Notes under the pieces: generated by a model | Told to the model about the DNA's origin: nothing | The model's input: only the letters and a program-made list of their open reading frames with translations | Database searches by the model: none | Source: Candidatus Multivoradales bacterium | GTDB taxonomy: Bacteria > Acidobacteriota > Thermoanaerobaculia > Multivoradales > JAHEKO01 | NCBI GenBank assembly: GCA_965223855.1 | Contig: CBDCXM010000008.1 | Coordinates: forward strand, 160,001 to 224,000 | Direction of reading: 5' to 3' | DNA length: 64,000 nucleotides | Translations under genes and position numbers: made by a program | Shown here: positions 48,124-57,871 of the stretch, in pieces | Layout of the letters: every line of letters starts with the position of its first letter | Position numbering within the stretch: the first letter of the stretch is position 1

Positions 48124-48703
48124 GCTCGGCCTCCCCCCCCGAGAGTTCCCGGCGCAAGCGGTCGCGGCCGCGCGCAATGCGCGAGCGGACCGTGCCGATC
48201 CTCACGTCGAGGACCTGGGCGATCTCGTCGTAGGCGAGATCGCAGATGTCCCGCAGAACGACCGCTTCGCGGAAGGCGACCGGAAGCTGCGCGAGGGCGG
48301 TTTCGAGCAACTCGCCGGTCTCCCGTCGCACGACCCTGGCGTCGGTTCCCTCACGCGGGGACGGCACGCTCTCGAACGTCTCGTCCTCGACATCGACGAA
48401 CGGTCTCGCCCGACGGGTCTTGCGAGACAGCCGGCTGCGGCAGCAGTTGAGCGCCACCCGGTAGACCCATGTCTTGAGGCTCGACTTTCCCCGGAACTTG
48501 CCGAGGTGCCGGAAGACGCGAACGAACACGTCCTGGCTCAGATCCTCGGCCAGCACCGGGTCTCCCGACATCCTCAGAGCAAGCTGGTAGACCATGGTGC
48601 CGTAGCGGCCGTAGATCTCGTCGAACGCCTCAGGATCGCCGTAGGCGTGGCGGGCTACGAGATCGAGATCGCCGGTGTGAGCGCTGACGCTGGCTACTTG
48701 CAT
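48116..48703 (-). CDS. ECF RNA polymerase sigma factor (RpoE/SigW-like)
   Basis: AEDLSQDVFVRVF, FRGKSSLKTWVYRVALN, LAYDEIA..L....GTVRSRIARGR. Confidence 0.92.
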   Translation of the reverse strand: MQVASVSAHTGDLDLVARHAYGDPEAFDEIYGRYGTMVYQLALRMSGDPVLAEDLSQDVFVRVFRHLGKFRGKSSLKTWVYRVALNCCRSRLSRKTRRARPFVDVEDETFESVPSPREGTDARVVRRETGELLETALAQLPVAFREAVVLRDICDLAYDEIAQVLDVRIGTVRSRIARGRDRLRRELSGGEAEHV

Positions 48704-48833
48704 TCGGGGAGACTCTCCGGGGGCAGCTCCTCCGCGCCCCCCGGCATCCTTCATTCTCCGACCCTATCCCGGCGTCGGAAGTTCCCGGGGATCGTCGGCG
48801 GCCGCCGTCGCAACTGGCGGAAAGGCGTGGGCA

Positions 48834-50628
48834 TCACGGGGCCACGGTCGATGTCGAGCCGGTGTCGCTGTCGTAGTAGCGCAGGATCCCGTCGACGACC
48901 GCATCGGCGACCTTCTGACGATACGCCCTCGTCTGCAGCAACGCTCGATCCTCGTCGTTGTTGAGATTGCAGACTTCGAGCAGGAGCTGGGCCGGCACCT
49001 CGCCGTAGCGCAGCACTGCCGGCACCCAGGCTCGCCTTCGGCTGCGGACAATCCGGTTTCGAATCGGCTTGTCGGGATGCACCGCGAGGCCGGCGCGGGA
49101 GAAGGCGCTCATCAGCTCGCCGGCGAGCTGACGCGACAGTCCCTCGCTCCTGACGAGCTGCTGCCGAGAGAAGCTGACACGAGGCTGTTCCTTGACCTCG
49201 CTCGTCCGCGCGTAGACCGAGCCCGACTTGCCGTAGCTGCCGCCACGATAGGCGGCACCGGGGATGTAGGCCATCGCGCCGCGGATCGAAGAGTGAAGGG
49301 AATCGGCATGGACCGAGAGGAAGACGACCTTCTCGTCGTCGCCGCTCGAGGCCACCGACTTGCGGAAGAGACTGTTCGCCAGGTACCAGCGCAGGTTCAC
49401 TCCGGTCCTCGAATCGACGATCGGGTACTCGGGGCTCGTCAGCACCCGATGGCCTCGAGAGTAGTCGAGCCGGTCGCGCTCCGGAATGCCGTCGTTGCCG
49501 GTGTCGCGCGTCGTCAGGTGGACCCTGGCGCCCGTCCTCGTCTCGAGCGACTGCCGGATGCGCTGGACGATGTCGTGAGCGTAGATGCTTTCCCAGACGC
49601 CACGTACGGAAGCGCCGACGTCCTGACCGCCGTGGCCGGAGTCGAGGATGATCGTCACGCCGCGCAGGCGTTCCGCCTCCACCGTATTGCTGTAGCGCGC
49701 ACTCTCGACGAGGTTCGCCTCGTACTCGCGTCTGGCCGGGTGTCCGGCCGGCAGGAACTCGGGCATCAGCACTTCGAACGGCACCTTGACCTCGTAGCCG
49801 ACCGGAATGTCGGTGACGTCGTCGATGCCGCTGCGTCGGGCGATCTCGGCCGCCAGCTGGTTGACGTCCTCGGCGAACACCAGACCGGCGAAGCGGACGA
49901 CGACGCTCGAGTAGAGCGCCTCTCCCGGCTTGAGCCGGTAGCCGGCGAACTCCCCCTGGGAGTCACGGTCGTAGCGCAGGTGGTAGGCCGAACTTTCGGG
50001 CAGCCGCTGTCGCAGCGCCGGCCGCAGCAGTCTCGCCGGTACGAGGACGACCTGCTTCGGCTCGACGTTCTCGTCCTGGAGAGCGTTCGCCTTCCCACAA
50101 GGCACGGTAGTTGTCGCCACGGCCGGTGAACCACTCGGAGATCCGCCACAGGCTCTCGCGCGCCGTCACGCCGTGCTGGCCGACCTGATGCTGCCACCCC
50201 TCGGCGACTCCTCGATCCCGGGCGAAAACGTGGGAGATCACTTCGTACTGGCGGTCGGCCGAAAGCAGGGAGAACGGCACGCGGTAGCGCACACCGGCGA
50301 GCATCCGACGGGTCGAGTTGGCGGCGCGGACCTCATCGACCCACTGCGAGCTGCCGCAATGCTGGCGAACGAAGTCGTTCCACCCCTGGCCGCGCCGGGG
50401 AACCGCCTCGAGAAAGAGCTCGAGACTCTCGTCGAGCACCGCGTGAGCACCGTCGGGCAGCGTGACGCGGAAGAGCGTGGGCGCCGTCGCCGCCGGCACG
50501 GTGCCGGTCAGCGCGAGCAACAGCAGAGCCGAGGCTGCCTTCCGACCCGTCCGCACTCTCGAAAACGCCTGTCCGACGGCACGGCGCAACCTCGAATTTC
50601 TCCTGATTCCTTCGATAGTTAGCGCCAT
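48834..50628 (-). pseudogene. N-acetylmuramoyl-L-alanine amidase (Amidase_3) with LysM-like domains, split by one extra base at about 50094-50097
   Basis: Upstream frame ...ESLWRISEWFTGRGDNYRAL joins KANALQDENVEPKQVVLVP in the next frame; catalytic LDSGHGGQD, FLSVHAD, LLEVCNL intact. Could be a sequencing error. Confidence 0.7.
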
Positions 50629-50755
50629 GACCGGGCTGGAATCGGCGCCTCCTGGCGCCCGCAGCCGAAGGATACTCGATCCGCAGGGAGTGCGCCGTCG
50701 CCGACTTCGGTGCGGGAGCACAAGGAGCCGTCCGCCAAGGGCATAACATCGATGC

Positions 50756-51967
50756 ATGAGTTCGCCTCAGCTCCTTCTCGACCGGCTCGCCGAACTGCTG
50801 CAGGGGTACGATGCACTGCTCGTCGGTGGTGCCGTTCGTGACCGTCTGCTCGGCCGTGCGGCGCGAGACTTCGATCTCGTCGTACCGGGTGATGGTGAGC
50901 GTACGGCTCGTCTGCTGGCCGAGCGGCTTCCGGCGAAGCTGATCCGTCTGGGAGGTGAGCGCTTCGCGGCGCTGCGGCTCGTTGCCGCCGAGGGCGAGCT
51001 CGACATCTGGGGCCGTGGCGAGGCGTCGCTCGAGGAAGAGCTGCGACGGCGCGATCTCACGATCAACGCGATCGCCGCGCACCTCGGATCGCTCGAACTC
51101 GTCGACCCGCTTGGCGGCGCCGACGACCTGGAGCGAAGGCGGCTGCGCGCATGCAGCCGATCGAGCTTCGAGGACGACCCGCTGCGGGTCGTGCGACTGG
51201 CGCGATTCGCGGCCGAGCTGCCGGGGTTCGAAGCGGAGACCGAGACGCTGGAGGCGGCGAAGCGGGCGGCTCCCCGGGTCGCTGCCACGGCGGCCGAGCG
51301 CAGAAGAGTGGAGTTCGCCAGACTCCTCGAGGGCGATCGGCCGGAAGACGGGCTGGCGGTGCTGCTCGCCTGTTCGGTGCCGCCCTTCGCCGCCGACGCG
51401 GCCCTGGACGGCGCCGACCCGCTCGTCGTCGCGACCGCCTTCGAGCACGTCCGGGCGACAGCGAGCAGGTTCGACGAGCCCCCCGACGCGGGAGTGCTCT
51501 ACGGCGCCGCCGCAGCCCTCGCTCTGGGTGGTGACGTCGATCGATGGTTCGGGGAGGGGTGGCTCACCCGCAAGGAGGTCCGGAAGCTCGCCCTCGTCCT
51601 CGACGCGGGGCCTCCGCCCGGGACGGTGCCGGAGCGCCGATGGTGGCTCCATCGCCTCGACGATCTGTGGCCCGAGGGCATCTGCCTGGCGAGTGCGAGG
51701 GCCGCCGTCGATCGACGCTCACGGCCGGGGGACGACGAGATCGACGCCCTCGTGGGCCTCGCCATCGGCGAAGCGGAGACGATCTTCTCGCCGCCGTCGC
51801 TGGTCACCGCGACCGAAGTCGCGTCCGAGCTCGGGCTAGAGATGGGGCCCGATCTCGGCGTCGCCTTGCGCCGGCTGAGGCGGCGGCAGGTCGAAGGGAG
51901 GATCCGGAGTCGGGACGAGGCGATCGACTGGCTCGTCAGCGAGCGCCGCTCATCAGGCGCTGGTTGA
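50756..51967 (+). CDS. Class II tRNA nucleotidyltransferase / poly(A) polymerase family protein
   Basis: LVGGAVRD.LLG...RDFD, RRDLTINAIA, DPLGG..DL, EDDPLR..R.ARF. Confidence 0.88.
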   Translation: MSSPQLLLDRLAELLQGYDALLVGGAVRDRLLGRAARDFDLVVPGDGERTARLLAERLPAKLIRLGGERFAALRLVAAEGELDIWGRGEASLEEELRRRDLTINAIAAHLGSLELVDPLGGADDLERRRLRACSRSSFEDDPLRVVRLARFAAELPGFEAETETLEAAKRAAPRVAATAAERRRVEFARLLEGDRPEDGLAVLLACSVPPFAADAALDGADPLVVATAFEHVRATASRFDEPPDAGVLYGAAAALALGGDVDRWFGEGWLTRKEVRKLALVLDAGPPPGTVPERRWWLHRLDDLWPEGICLASARAAVDRRSRPGDDEIDALVGLAIGEAETIFSPPSLVTATEVASELGLEMGPDLGVALRRLRRRQVEGRIRSRDEAIDWLVSERRSSGAG

Positions 51968-53336
51968 GCTCCTTGATCCGCTCGCTGAGCTTGTCGATCT
52001 TGTCCTGGCTCTCGCGCTGGACGCGGGCCACTTCGTTCTGTGTCTTCTCGAGCTGAGCCGACTGCTCGCGGAGCCGCTCGTTGAGGGACTTGATCTGCTG
52101 GTCCCGCTCCTGGAGAGCGCGGGAGAGCTCTCCCATCTTCGCCTCGTCCTCGGAGAGCTTGATCTTGTGCCGCTCCTCCTGCTCCTCGTAGAGCTTGCGG
52201 AACTGCTGGAGCTCGAGAATCTGTGAGAAATCGGCGGTAGAGCTCATGTCCTCTCCTTGCTCTTCGATTTCCGGGAACATCTTGCGCAACTTGAGCGAAA
52301 GGTCCTCCGGGTCCGGGGACTGGCGCATCGCCTCGGCGTAGCTGATCGTGCCATGCACGAGCAGGGCGATCAGCGACTGGTTCATCGTCTGCATGCTGTA
52401 GTAGGAAACCGAATTCTCGATCTCTTCCGTCAGGGCGCCTGACTCCCCCTTGACGATCAGCTCGGAGATCCGAGGCGTCGCCCGCATGATCTCGAGCGCC
52501 GGCACGAGCCCCTTGCCGTCGCGGCGCTCGACGAGCTTGATCGACACGACACCCTTGAGGACCTGCTCGAGCTGGACCCTCAGTTGCTTCTGCTGATTCG
52601 GCGGTGCGCTGTCGAGGATGCGGTCGATGCTCTGCGGTGCGCTGTTGGTGTGGAGGGTCGAGAAGACCAGGTGCCCGGTCTCGGCGGCGGTGATCACGGT
52701 CGAGATCGTCTCCTGGTCGCGCATCTCCCCGACCATGATGACGTCGGGGTCCTGGCGGACCGCGTTGCGCAGGGCCTCGGCGAAGCTCGGCGTGTCGGTG
52801 CCGACCTCGCGTTGGGAGATCGACGCGACGTCGTCGAGGAACAGAAACTCGATCGGGTCCTCGATCGTGATCACGTGGGCGGAGCGCCGGCCCGCGATGC
52901 GGTTGATCAACGCTGCCAGGGTGGTCGACTTGCCGCTTCCGGTCGGTCCGGTGATGAGGACCAGGCCCATCGGCAGGTCGCAGAACTCCTTGAGCACGTC
53001 CGGCAGATGGAGGCCGTCGAACTCCTGCACCTCGATCGGAATCCTCCGGAACGTCGCGGTGAGCGTGCCGCGCTGGTAGAAGACACTTCCACGAAAGCGA
53101 GCGAGCCCGTGAACGCCATACCCGATATCCACCGCCAGACTCTGATCGAGCCGCTGATGCTGCGTCGGCGTGAGGATCGACTCGACCATCCCCTGGATCT
53201 GGTCCGGGGTCAGCGGATCCGAGTCGATCGGCATCAGCTTTCCATGCACCCGAAGCAGCGGCGGCCGCATCGGTTTCAGATGCAGATCCGACGCCTCACG
53301 ATCCGCCATGAGGCGAAGCAGGTGATCCAACTGCAT
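51936..53336 (-). CDS. pilT: PilT/PilU family type IV pilus ATPase with C-terminal coiled coil
   Basis: ASDLHL, GPTGSGKSTT, TIEDPIE, RQDPDVIMVGEMRD, ETGHLVFSTLHTN. Confidence 0.9.
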   Translation of the reverse strand: MQLDHLLRLMADREASDLHLKPMRPPLLRVHGKLMPIDSDPLTPDQIQGMVESILTPTQHQRLDQSLAVDIGYGVHGLARFRGSVFYQRGTLTATFRRIPIEVQEFDGLHLPDVLKEFCDLPMGLVLITGPTGSGKSTTLAALINRIAGRRSAHVITIEDPIEFLFLDDVASISQREVGTDTPSFAEALRNAVRQDPDVIMVGEMRDQETISTVITAAETGHLVFSTLHTNSAPQSIDRILDSAPPNQQKQLRVQLEQVLKGVVSIKLVERRDGKGLVPALEIMRATPRISELIVKGESGALTEEIENSVSYYSMQTMNQSLIALLVHGTISYAEAMRQSPDPEDLSLKLRKMFPEIEEQGEDMSSTADFSQILELQQFRKLYEEQEERHKIKLSEDEAKMGELSRALQERDQQIKSLNERLREQSAQLEKTQNEVARVQRESQDKIDKLSERIKELNQRLMSGAR

Positions 53337-53414
53337 AACTGGTCGATCCTAACCCAAGCCCGCCCCACCACCCGGTGATCCAAAGCACACCCACCCCGAG
53401 GTGCCTCCCCCCAA

Positions 53415-53460
53415 GGTGCCAGGTGATTAGGGGACAGCTATCGGCACCAGTGCCAGGTGA
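53415..53460. repeat. REP-like motifs (G)GTGCCAGGTGA x2 downstream of the HUH transposase
   Basis: Copies at 53415-53426 and 53450-53460; inverted copies at 54673-54683 and 55457-55468. Confidence 0.6.
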
Positions 53461-53661
53461 CTGGCGGTCGTGAGCGCTCGAACTGTTCGGACGAACCCAG
53501 ATCGAGGGCAGCGTCCCCCAAGGGCCGCGCTTATGGCCTGGGAGACGCGCCGGCGATATCCCGACTTGTGTCCGGCTGAATCTAGACGCAGGCCGAGGCG
53601 ACCGGGCTACCCCAGCCGCGCGATCTCCCGTGAAACGATCTCTTCGAGCCGCCTCGGCAGC

Positions 53662-54573
53662 CTAGTCCGGCGCGGCGCGTGCCGGTTGGTAGCTGACAGG
53701 ACGGAAGCATCCGTCCGGGAAGGACGTAGGTTCCCCGGTCCGGAAGTCCTTCGAGGCACGCCGGTACTCCAGAACGAACCAGCGATACCCGTCCTCCAAG
53801 GCTCTGCGAACCGACCTCGAGGTCGCGTGGAACCTCGGCGCGGGGGTGCTTTCGAAATCCTCCGGGCAGTCGTGGGGATCCTGGGCGAGGATCGCCCGAC
53901 GGCCAAGGACCGGCCGGCCTGTTCTCTCGTGCTCCGTCTCGATTTCCCGTACCAGTCTCCGAACCCGCTTGCACCGCTCACCTCGCTCGAGATGCTCCCA
54001 GCTGGGGATCGGTGTCAGTTCGAGCCTGTGGCGCGAGAGAAACCTGCCCGGCCGAGCCTGCCGACCGTACCTTGAAGCCCGGTAGCTCGCTGAGCGATCC
54101 ATCCACTCCCCCTCGACCGAGTCGCCGTGCATGAGGGCCTGAGTGCTGGTCGCGCCTGGCCAGTGGCGAGGAGAGGCTACGAGCCGTTCCTTGACCCCCT
54201 GTGAGAGCAGGTATCGCAATCTTTCTTCATGCTTCTCGGGCTCACGGCTCACAACGATGTCCGTGTAGCGACGTCCCCAGAAGCGCTGCCTCCAGTTGTG
54301 CAGCCGGCCCGCCTCCCGAGCAATGTTGGAGTTGACGTACGCCATGAACCGCGACATCTGCTCTACATCCGTAGGGCGCAGAAGCAGGTGCGCGTGATTC
54401 GAGAGGTAGACGAACCCGCAGACTCGCATCCCGGTCGAGCGTTGGGCTCGGGCCAGAATTCCGACGATCCGATCGCGCAGCTTCGGTGAAGGCCGGAGCA
54501 GGTAGCGGCCGTGCACGGTCCGCACCGTCACTTCCACGAGGCTCTCTTCGGGCAGGTAACGCAGCTTGCGCAT
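53662..54573 (-). mobile_element. Y1 HUH transposase, REP-associated tyrosine transposase (RAYT)-like
   Basis: EVTVRT, LSNHAHLL (HUH), RFWGRRY, LRYLL (catalytic Tyr), VKERLV...WPGATS; 303 aa; no tnpB nearby. Confidence 0.85.
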
Positions 54574-54672
54574 CTCAATGAACAGGACGCAACCGCGCAG
54601 CGGGATCTTGCAGCCGCCCACGCTCGAAGCGCTGGGACACTTCGTCGATGCCTCCAGAATCCTCCCGCCAAG

Positions 54673-54706
54673 CACCTGGCACCCAGATTGGGCACCCAGA
54701 CTTGGG
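54673..54706. repeat. REP-like motif CACCTGGCACC plus tandem GGCACCCAGA repeats upstream of the transposase
   Basis: GGCACCCAGA at 54678-54687 and 54691-54700; inverted relative to the 53415 copies. Confidence 0.6.
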
Positions 54707-54760
54707 CGCAGGTTCTAGGAACCCACCCCAGGCTCCGGTGCGTCGCAGCAAACAGCGCGA

Positions 54761-55396
54761 TCAGTAGCGGCGCATCAGACCGACAACCACACCCTGGATC
54801 GTCAGTTCGCGCGCCCACACCCAGATCGGCTCCATGTGGGAGGCCGATGGCTGCAGTCTCACCTGCTGACCTTCGGGGTAGTAGCGCTTGAGCGTGGCTT
54901 CGTCCCCAACGAGCGCCACGATCATCTCGCCTTCGGCGGCGTCGGAGCGCTCCTGCACGACGACGTAGTCGCCATCATGGATCCCCTCATCGATCATCGA
55001 GTCACCCGTGACCTTCAGCACGAAGTGCTCCTCCACTCTGCTTCCCATGAGTTGCGGAGGGACGGCAACCCGATCGCTCCCTGCTACAGCCTCGATCGGA
55101 CGACCGGCTGCGATGAGGCCAAAGTACGGTACGTCCGGCGAACCGGGAGCTCGATCGCCCTCAGCCAACAGCCGCTCTGCCCGCGGAGAGAGCATCAGAC
55201 CTCGCTTCTGGTGATCGTGACGTCGCAGCAACCCCTTTCTTTCCAGCAACTTGAGGTGCTTGTGGGCAGTGCCGTACGACGAGTATCCGAATCGCTCGCA
55301 GATCTCCCTGTGAGTTGGCGACACGCCCTCGCGACGGACGAAGTCACCGAGAAACTCGAGAATCTCTTTCTGGCGGCGGGTGAGGAACGTCTCCAT
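54761..55396 (-). CDS. lexA: SOS repressor LexA
   Basis: LTRRQKEIL, PTHREI, HLKLLERKG, IAAG (Ala-Gly cleavage), GDSM (Ser), ATLKR (Lys). Confidence 0.95.
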   Translation of the reverse strand: METFLTRRQKEILEFLGDFVRREGVSPTHREICERFGYSSYGTAHKHLKLLERKGLLRRHDHQKRGLMLSPRAERLLAEGDRAPGSPDVPYFGLIAAGRPIEAVAGSDRVAVPPQLMGSRVEEHFVLKVTGDSMIDEGIHDGDYVVVQERSDAAEGEMIVALVGDEATLKRYYPEGQQVRLQPSASHMEPIWVWARELTIQGVVVGLMRRY

Positions 55397-55404
55397 GTCT
55401 CGGC

Positions 55405-55433
55405 ACAGTAGGCGAAAACGCGCCGTAAATCAA
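55405..55433 (-). promoter_or_regulatory. Sigma70-type lexA promoter
   Basis: On the minus strand TTGATT-N17-TACTGT, 8 nt before the ATG, no SD. Confidence 0.6.
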
Positions 55434-55536
55434 GAAGGCACGGTGACCACCACTATTCACCTGGCACCTGGGGTTGCTTGACTTGGGTGGGAGGCTTCCG
55501 TACGTTGTGCGCTCGACGGGAGGAGTGTTCTGGAAG

Positions 55537-55917
55537 ATGACCGAATCGAGATCGACAGCGGGCGGGAGCGGGATGGCCGCCACGATTGGTGCCGCGACCT
55601 TCATCAAGGGACAGATCCGGGGCGACGACGACCTCGTCGTGCGCGGGAAGGTCGACGGCAAGATCCGCCTGCCGAAGAACAAGGTCCTCGTAGCGGCCGG
55701 CAGCGAGGTGAAGGCGGACATACTCGGACGCTCGATCGAGGTCGAGGGGCACGTCAAGGGCACCCTGACGGGTGGTCAGGAGGTGCTGGTCCGGGCAGGC
55801 GGCCGGGTGGAGGGCGACATCGTCTCGCCCCGCGTCACGCTCGACAACGGCGCGCAGTTCAGCGGCAACATCGACATGGAGGCGGGCAAGGGCGGCGCCA
55901 AGGGCTCGGCGGCCTGA
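55537..55917 (+). CDS. Bactofilin (polymer-forming cytoskeletal protein)
   Basis: ATIG....IKGQI.G..DL.V.G.VDG.I, V.GDI.SP...LDNGAQFSGNIDM. Confidence 0.92.
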   Translation: MTESRSTAGGSGMAATIGAATFIKGQIRGDDDLVVRGKVDGKIRLPKNKVLVAAGSEVKADILGRSIEVEGHVKGTLTGGQEVLVRAGGRVEGDIVSPRVTLDNGAQFSGNIDMEAGKGGAKGSAA

Positions 55918-55945
55918 CCTCGCGCCCCGCCGACCGCTACCGACC

Positions 55946-56566
55946 GTGACGCAGCCTTCAAACCCGCCGACTGCCGCAGACGAAGTCCACTCTTCTCTCG
56001 GCCTCAAGGAGCTGCTGGCGGGCTTGCCGACCGACCGCAAGCACTCGGTCCTCGATCTCGGCCCGGCAAGCGGCGGCAACGTCACGTTCTTCTCGAACTA
56101 CTCCTGCCGCCTCTACATCGCCGACCTCTACCACACCCTCCAGCAGCGCTCCGGCCGCCCGCCCGAGCAGTCGGTGCCGTTCGATCGCGAGCTGGCGGCG
56201 ACCCTCCCGGAGGGCTCGTTCGACATCCTTCTGTGCTGGGATCTGCTCAACTACCTCACCTCGGAGCAGATGGAGGTGCTCGGCACGCACCTGAAGGCTC
56301 GTAGCCGACCCGGAAGCCGTCTGTTCGCGCTCGTCGCTCCGCACGGCCGCATACCCAACCTCCCTCAACGCTTCGAGATCCTCGCGCCGGACTCGGTGCG
56401 CTACACGAGCCGCTCTTCCGGTCTGCGCCCTGCACCCGGCTACCGCGAGCCCGAACTCAATCGCTGGATGAAGCCGTTCGCCGTCGAGAGCTCCTACCTG
56501 CTCAGACACGGCGTTCAGGAGTACATCCTCGTGCACGAGCGCGATCCCGTCGCCAGGCTCGTCTGA
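55946..56566 (+). CDS. Class I SAM-dependent methyltransferase-like protein
   Basis: VLDLGPASG, FDILLCWDLLNYL, RPGSRL; follows bactofilin. Confidence 0.75.
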   Translation: MTQPSNPPTAADEVHSSLGLKELLAGLPTDRKHSVLDLGPASGGNVTFFSNYSCRLYIADLYHTLQQRSGRPPEQSVPFDRELAATLPEGSFDILLCWDLLNYLTSEQMEVLGTHLKARSRPGSRLFALVAPHGRIPNLPQRFEILAPDSVRYTSRSSGLRPAPGYREPELNRWMKPFAVESSYLLRHGVQEYILVHERDPVARLV

Positions 56567-56577
56567 GCAACCCCGTC

Positions 56578-57861
56578 ATGGCCGCTGATCGCTTCGGTTT
56601 CGAGATCGAAACCCATCGGCTGGAGAACGGTCTCGACATCGTCCTTCAGCCCGACGACCGCTTGCCGCTCGTAGCGGTCAACCTCTGGTACCACGTCGGC
56701 TCGCGCAACGAGCGACCCGGCAGAACCGGCCTGGCGCACCTCTTCGAGCACATGCTTTTCCAGGGCAGTGCCAACGTCGGCGTCAACGATCACTTCGGGC
56801 ACCTGCAGAAAGTCGGCGGCGTCGCCAACGGCTCGACGTGGTACGACCGCACCAACTACTACGAGACGGTGCCGTCGCACGAGCTCGAGCTGGCGCTCTG
56901 GCTCGAATCCGACCGGATGGGCTTTCTGCTCGACACGCTAGACAGCGAGAAGCTCGAGAATCAGCGCGAAGTCGTCATGAACGAGCGCCGCCAGAGGATC
57001 GACAACCAGCCCTACGGCGCCGCGTTCGAGACGCTCTTCGCCCGGCTGTTCCCGAGTCCGCATCCGTACTCCTGGCCGGTCATCGGCACGATGCAGGACA
57101 TCGCCGCCATCGATCTGGAAGACGTACGGAGCTTCTTCGTGGAGCACTACCATCCCGGCAATGCGGTCCTCACGCTCGCCGGAGACTTCGACACCCGCCG
57201 CGCTGTGGAGCTCGCCGACCGCTACTTCGGCTCGCTACCCACGGCAGACGCCTCCCCGCCGCCGGAGCACACCCACGCTCCGCCCGAGACCGAGCCGGTC
57301 GAACTGCCGGACGACGTCGAGCTGCCGCGCCTCTACGTCGGCTATCCGATTCCCCCCTTCGGTACCCCCGAGTGGTCGGCCGCCGACCTTCTCTCGACGG
57401 CGCTGGCCTCGGGCAAGTCGAGCCCGCTCTACCGCGACCTGGTGCACGAGCGGCAGCTCCTCCAGGGAATCTCGCTCGGCACGCTGCCGACCGAGCTCGC
57501 CGGCAGTGTCCTTCTCACCTGCACCGGAAGGCCCGGCACCACACCGCAGGAGCTGCTTGCAGCCGTCGACGAACACCTCGACCGTGCCAGAGCCGAGCTG
57601 CTGCCCGCAGTCGAGTTCGAACGCAGCCGCAACCAACTCACGACCGCCTACCTCGAGCAGCTTCAGAGCCTCGAAGCACGAGCCGACGTGCTGTCGCAGA
57701 GCGCCACCTACTTCGGCGACCCCCGTCGCTACACCGATCGGCTCGACGCCACCGCCGACCTCTCGGCAGGCCAGGTACGCGACTTCGCCGCTCGCTGGTG
57801 GCAACCCGACAACCGTGCCGTCGTGGCGATCGTGCCCCGCGGCACGAGCCCTGTGTCGTGA
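56578..57861 (+). CDS. M16 (pitrilysin) zinc peptidase, active subunit
   Basis: LENGL, YHVGSRNE, TGLAHLFEHMLF (HXXEH), DRTNYYE, VVMNERR. Confidence 0.95.
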   Translation: MAADRFGFEIETHRLENGLDIVLQPDDRLPLVAVNLWYHVGSRNERPGRTGLAHLFEHMLFQGSANVGVNDHFGHLQKVGGVANGSTWYDRTNYYETVPSHELELALWLESDRMGFLLDTLDSEKLENQREVVMNERRQRIDNQPYGAAFETLFARLFPSPHPYSWPVIGTMQDIAAIDLEDVRSFFVEHYHPGNAVLTLAGDFDTRRAVELADRYFGSLPTADASPPPEHTHAPPETEPVELPDDVELPRLYVGYPIPPFGTPEWSAADLLSTALASGKSSPLYRDLVHERQLLQGISLGTLPTELAGSVLLTCTGRPGTTPQELLAAVDEHLDRARAELLPAVEFERSRNQLTTAYLEQLQSLEARADVLSQSATYFGDPRRYTDRLDATADLSAGQVRDFAARWWQPDNRAVVAIVPRGTSPVS

Positions 57862-57871
57862 GCGCCACTCC

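Noticed and set aside
53390-54735. CRISPR-like array around the transposase
   Set aside because: Repeats are 10-12 bp, irregularly spaced and partly inverted; no cas genes. No CRISPR array seen anywhere in the window.
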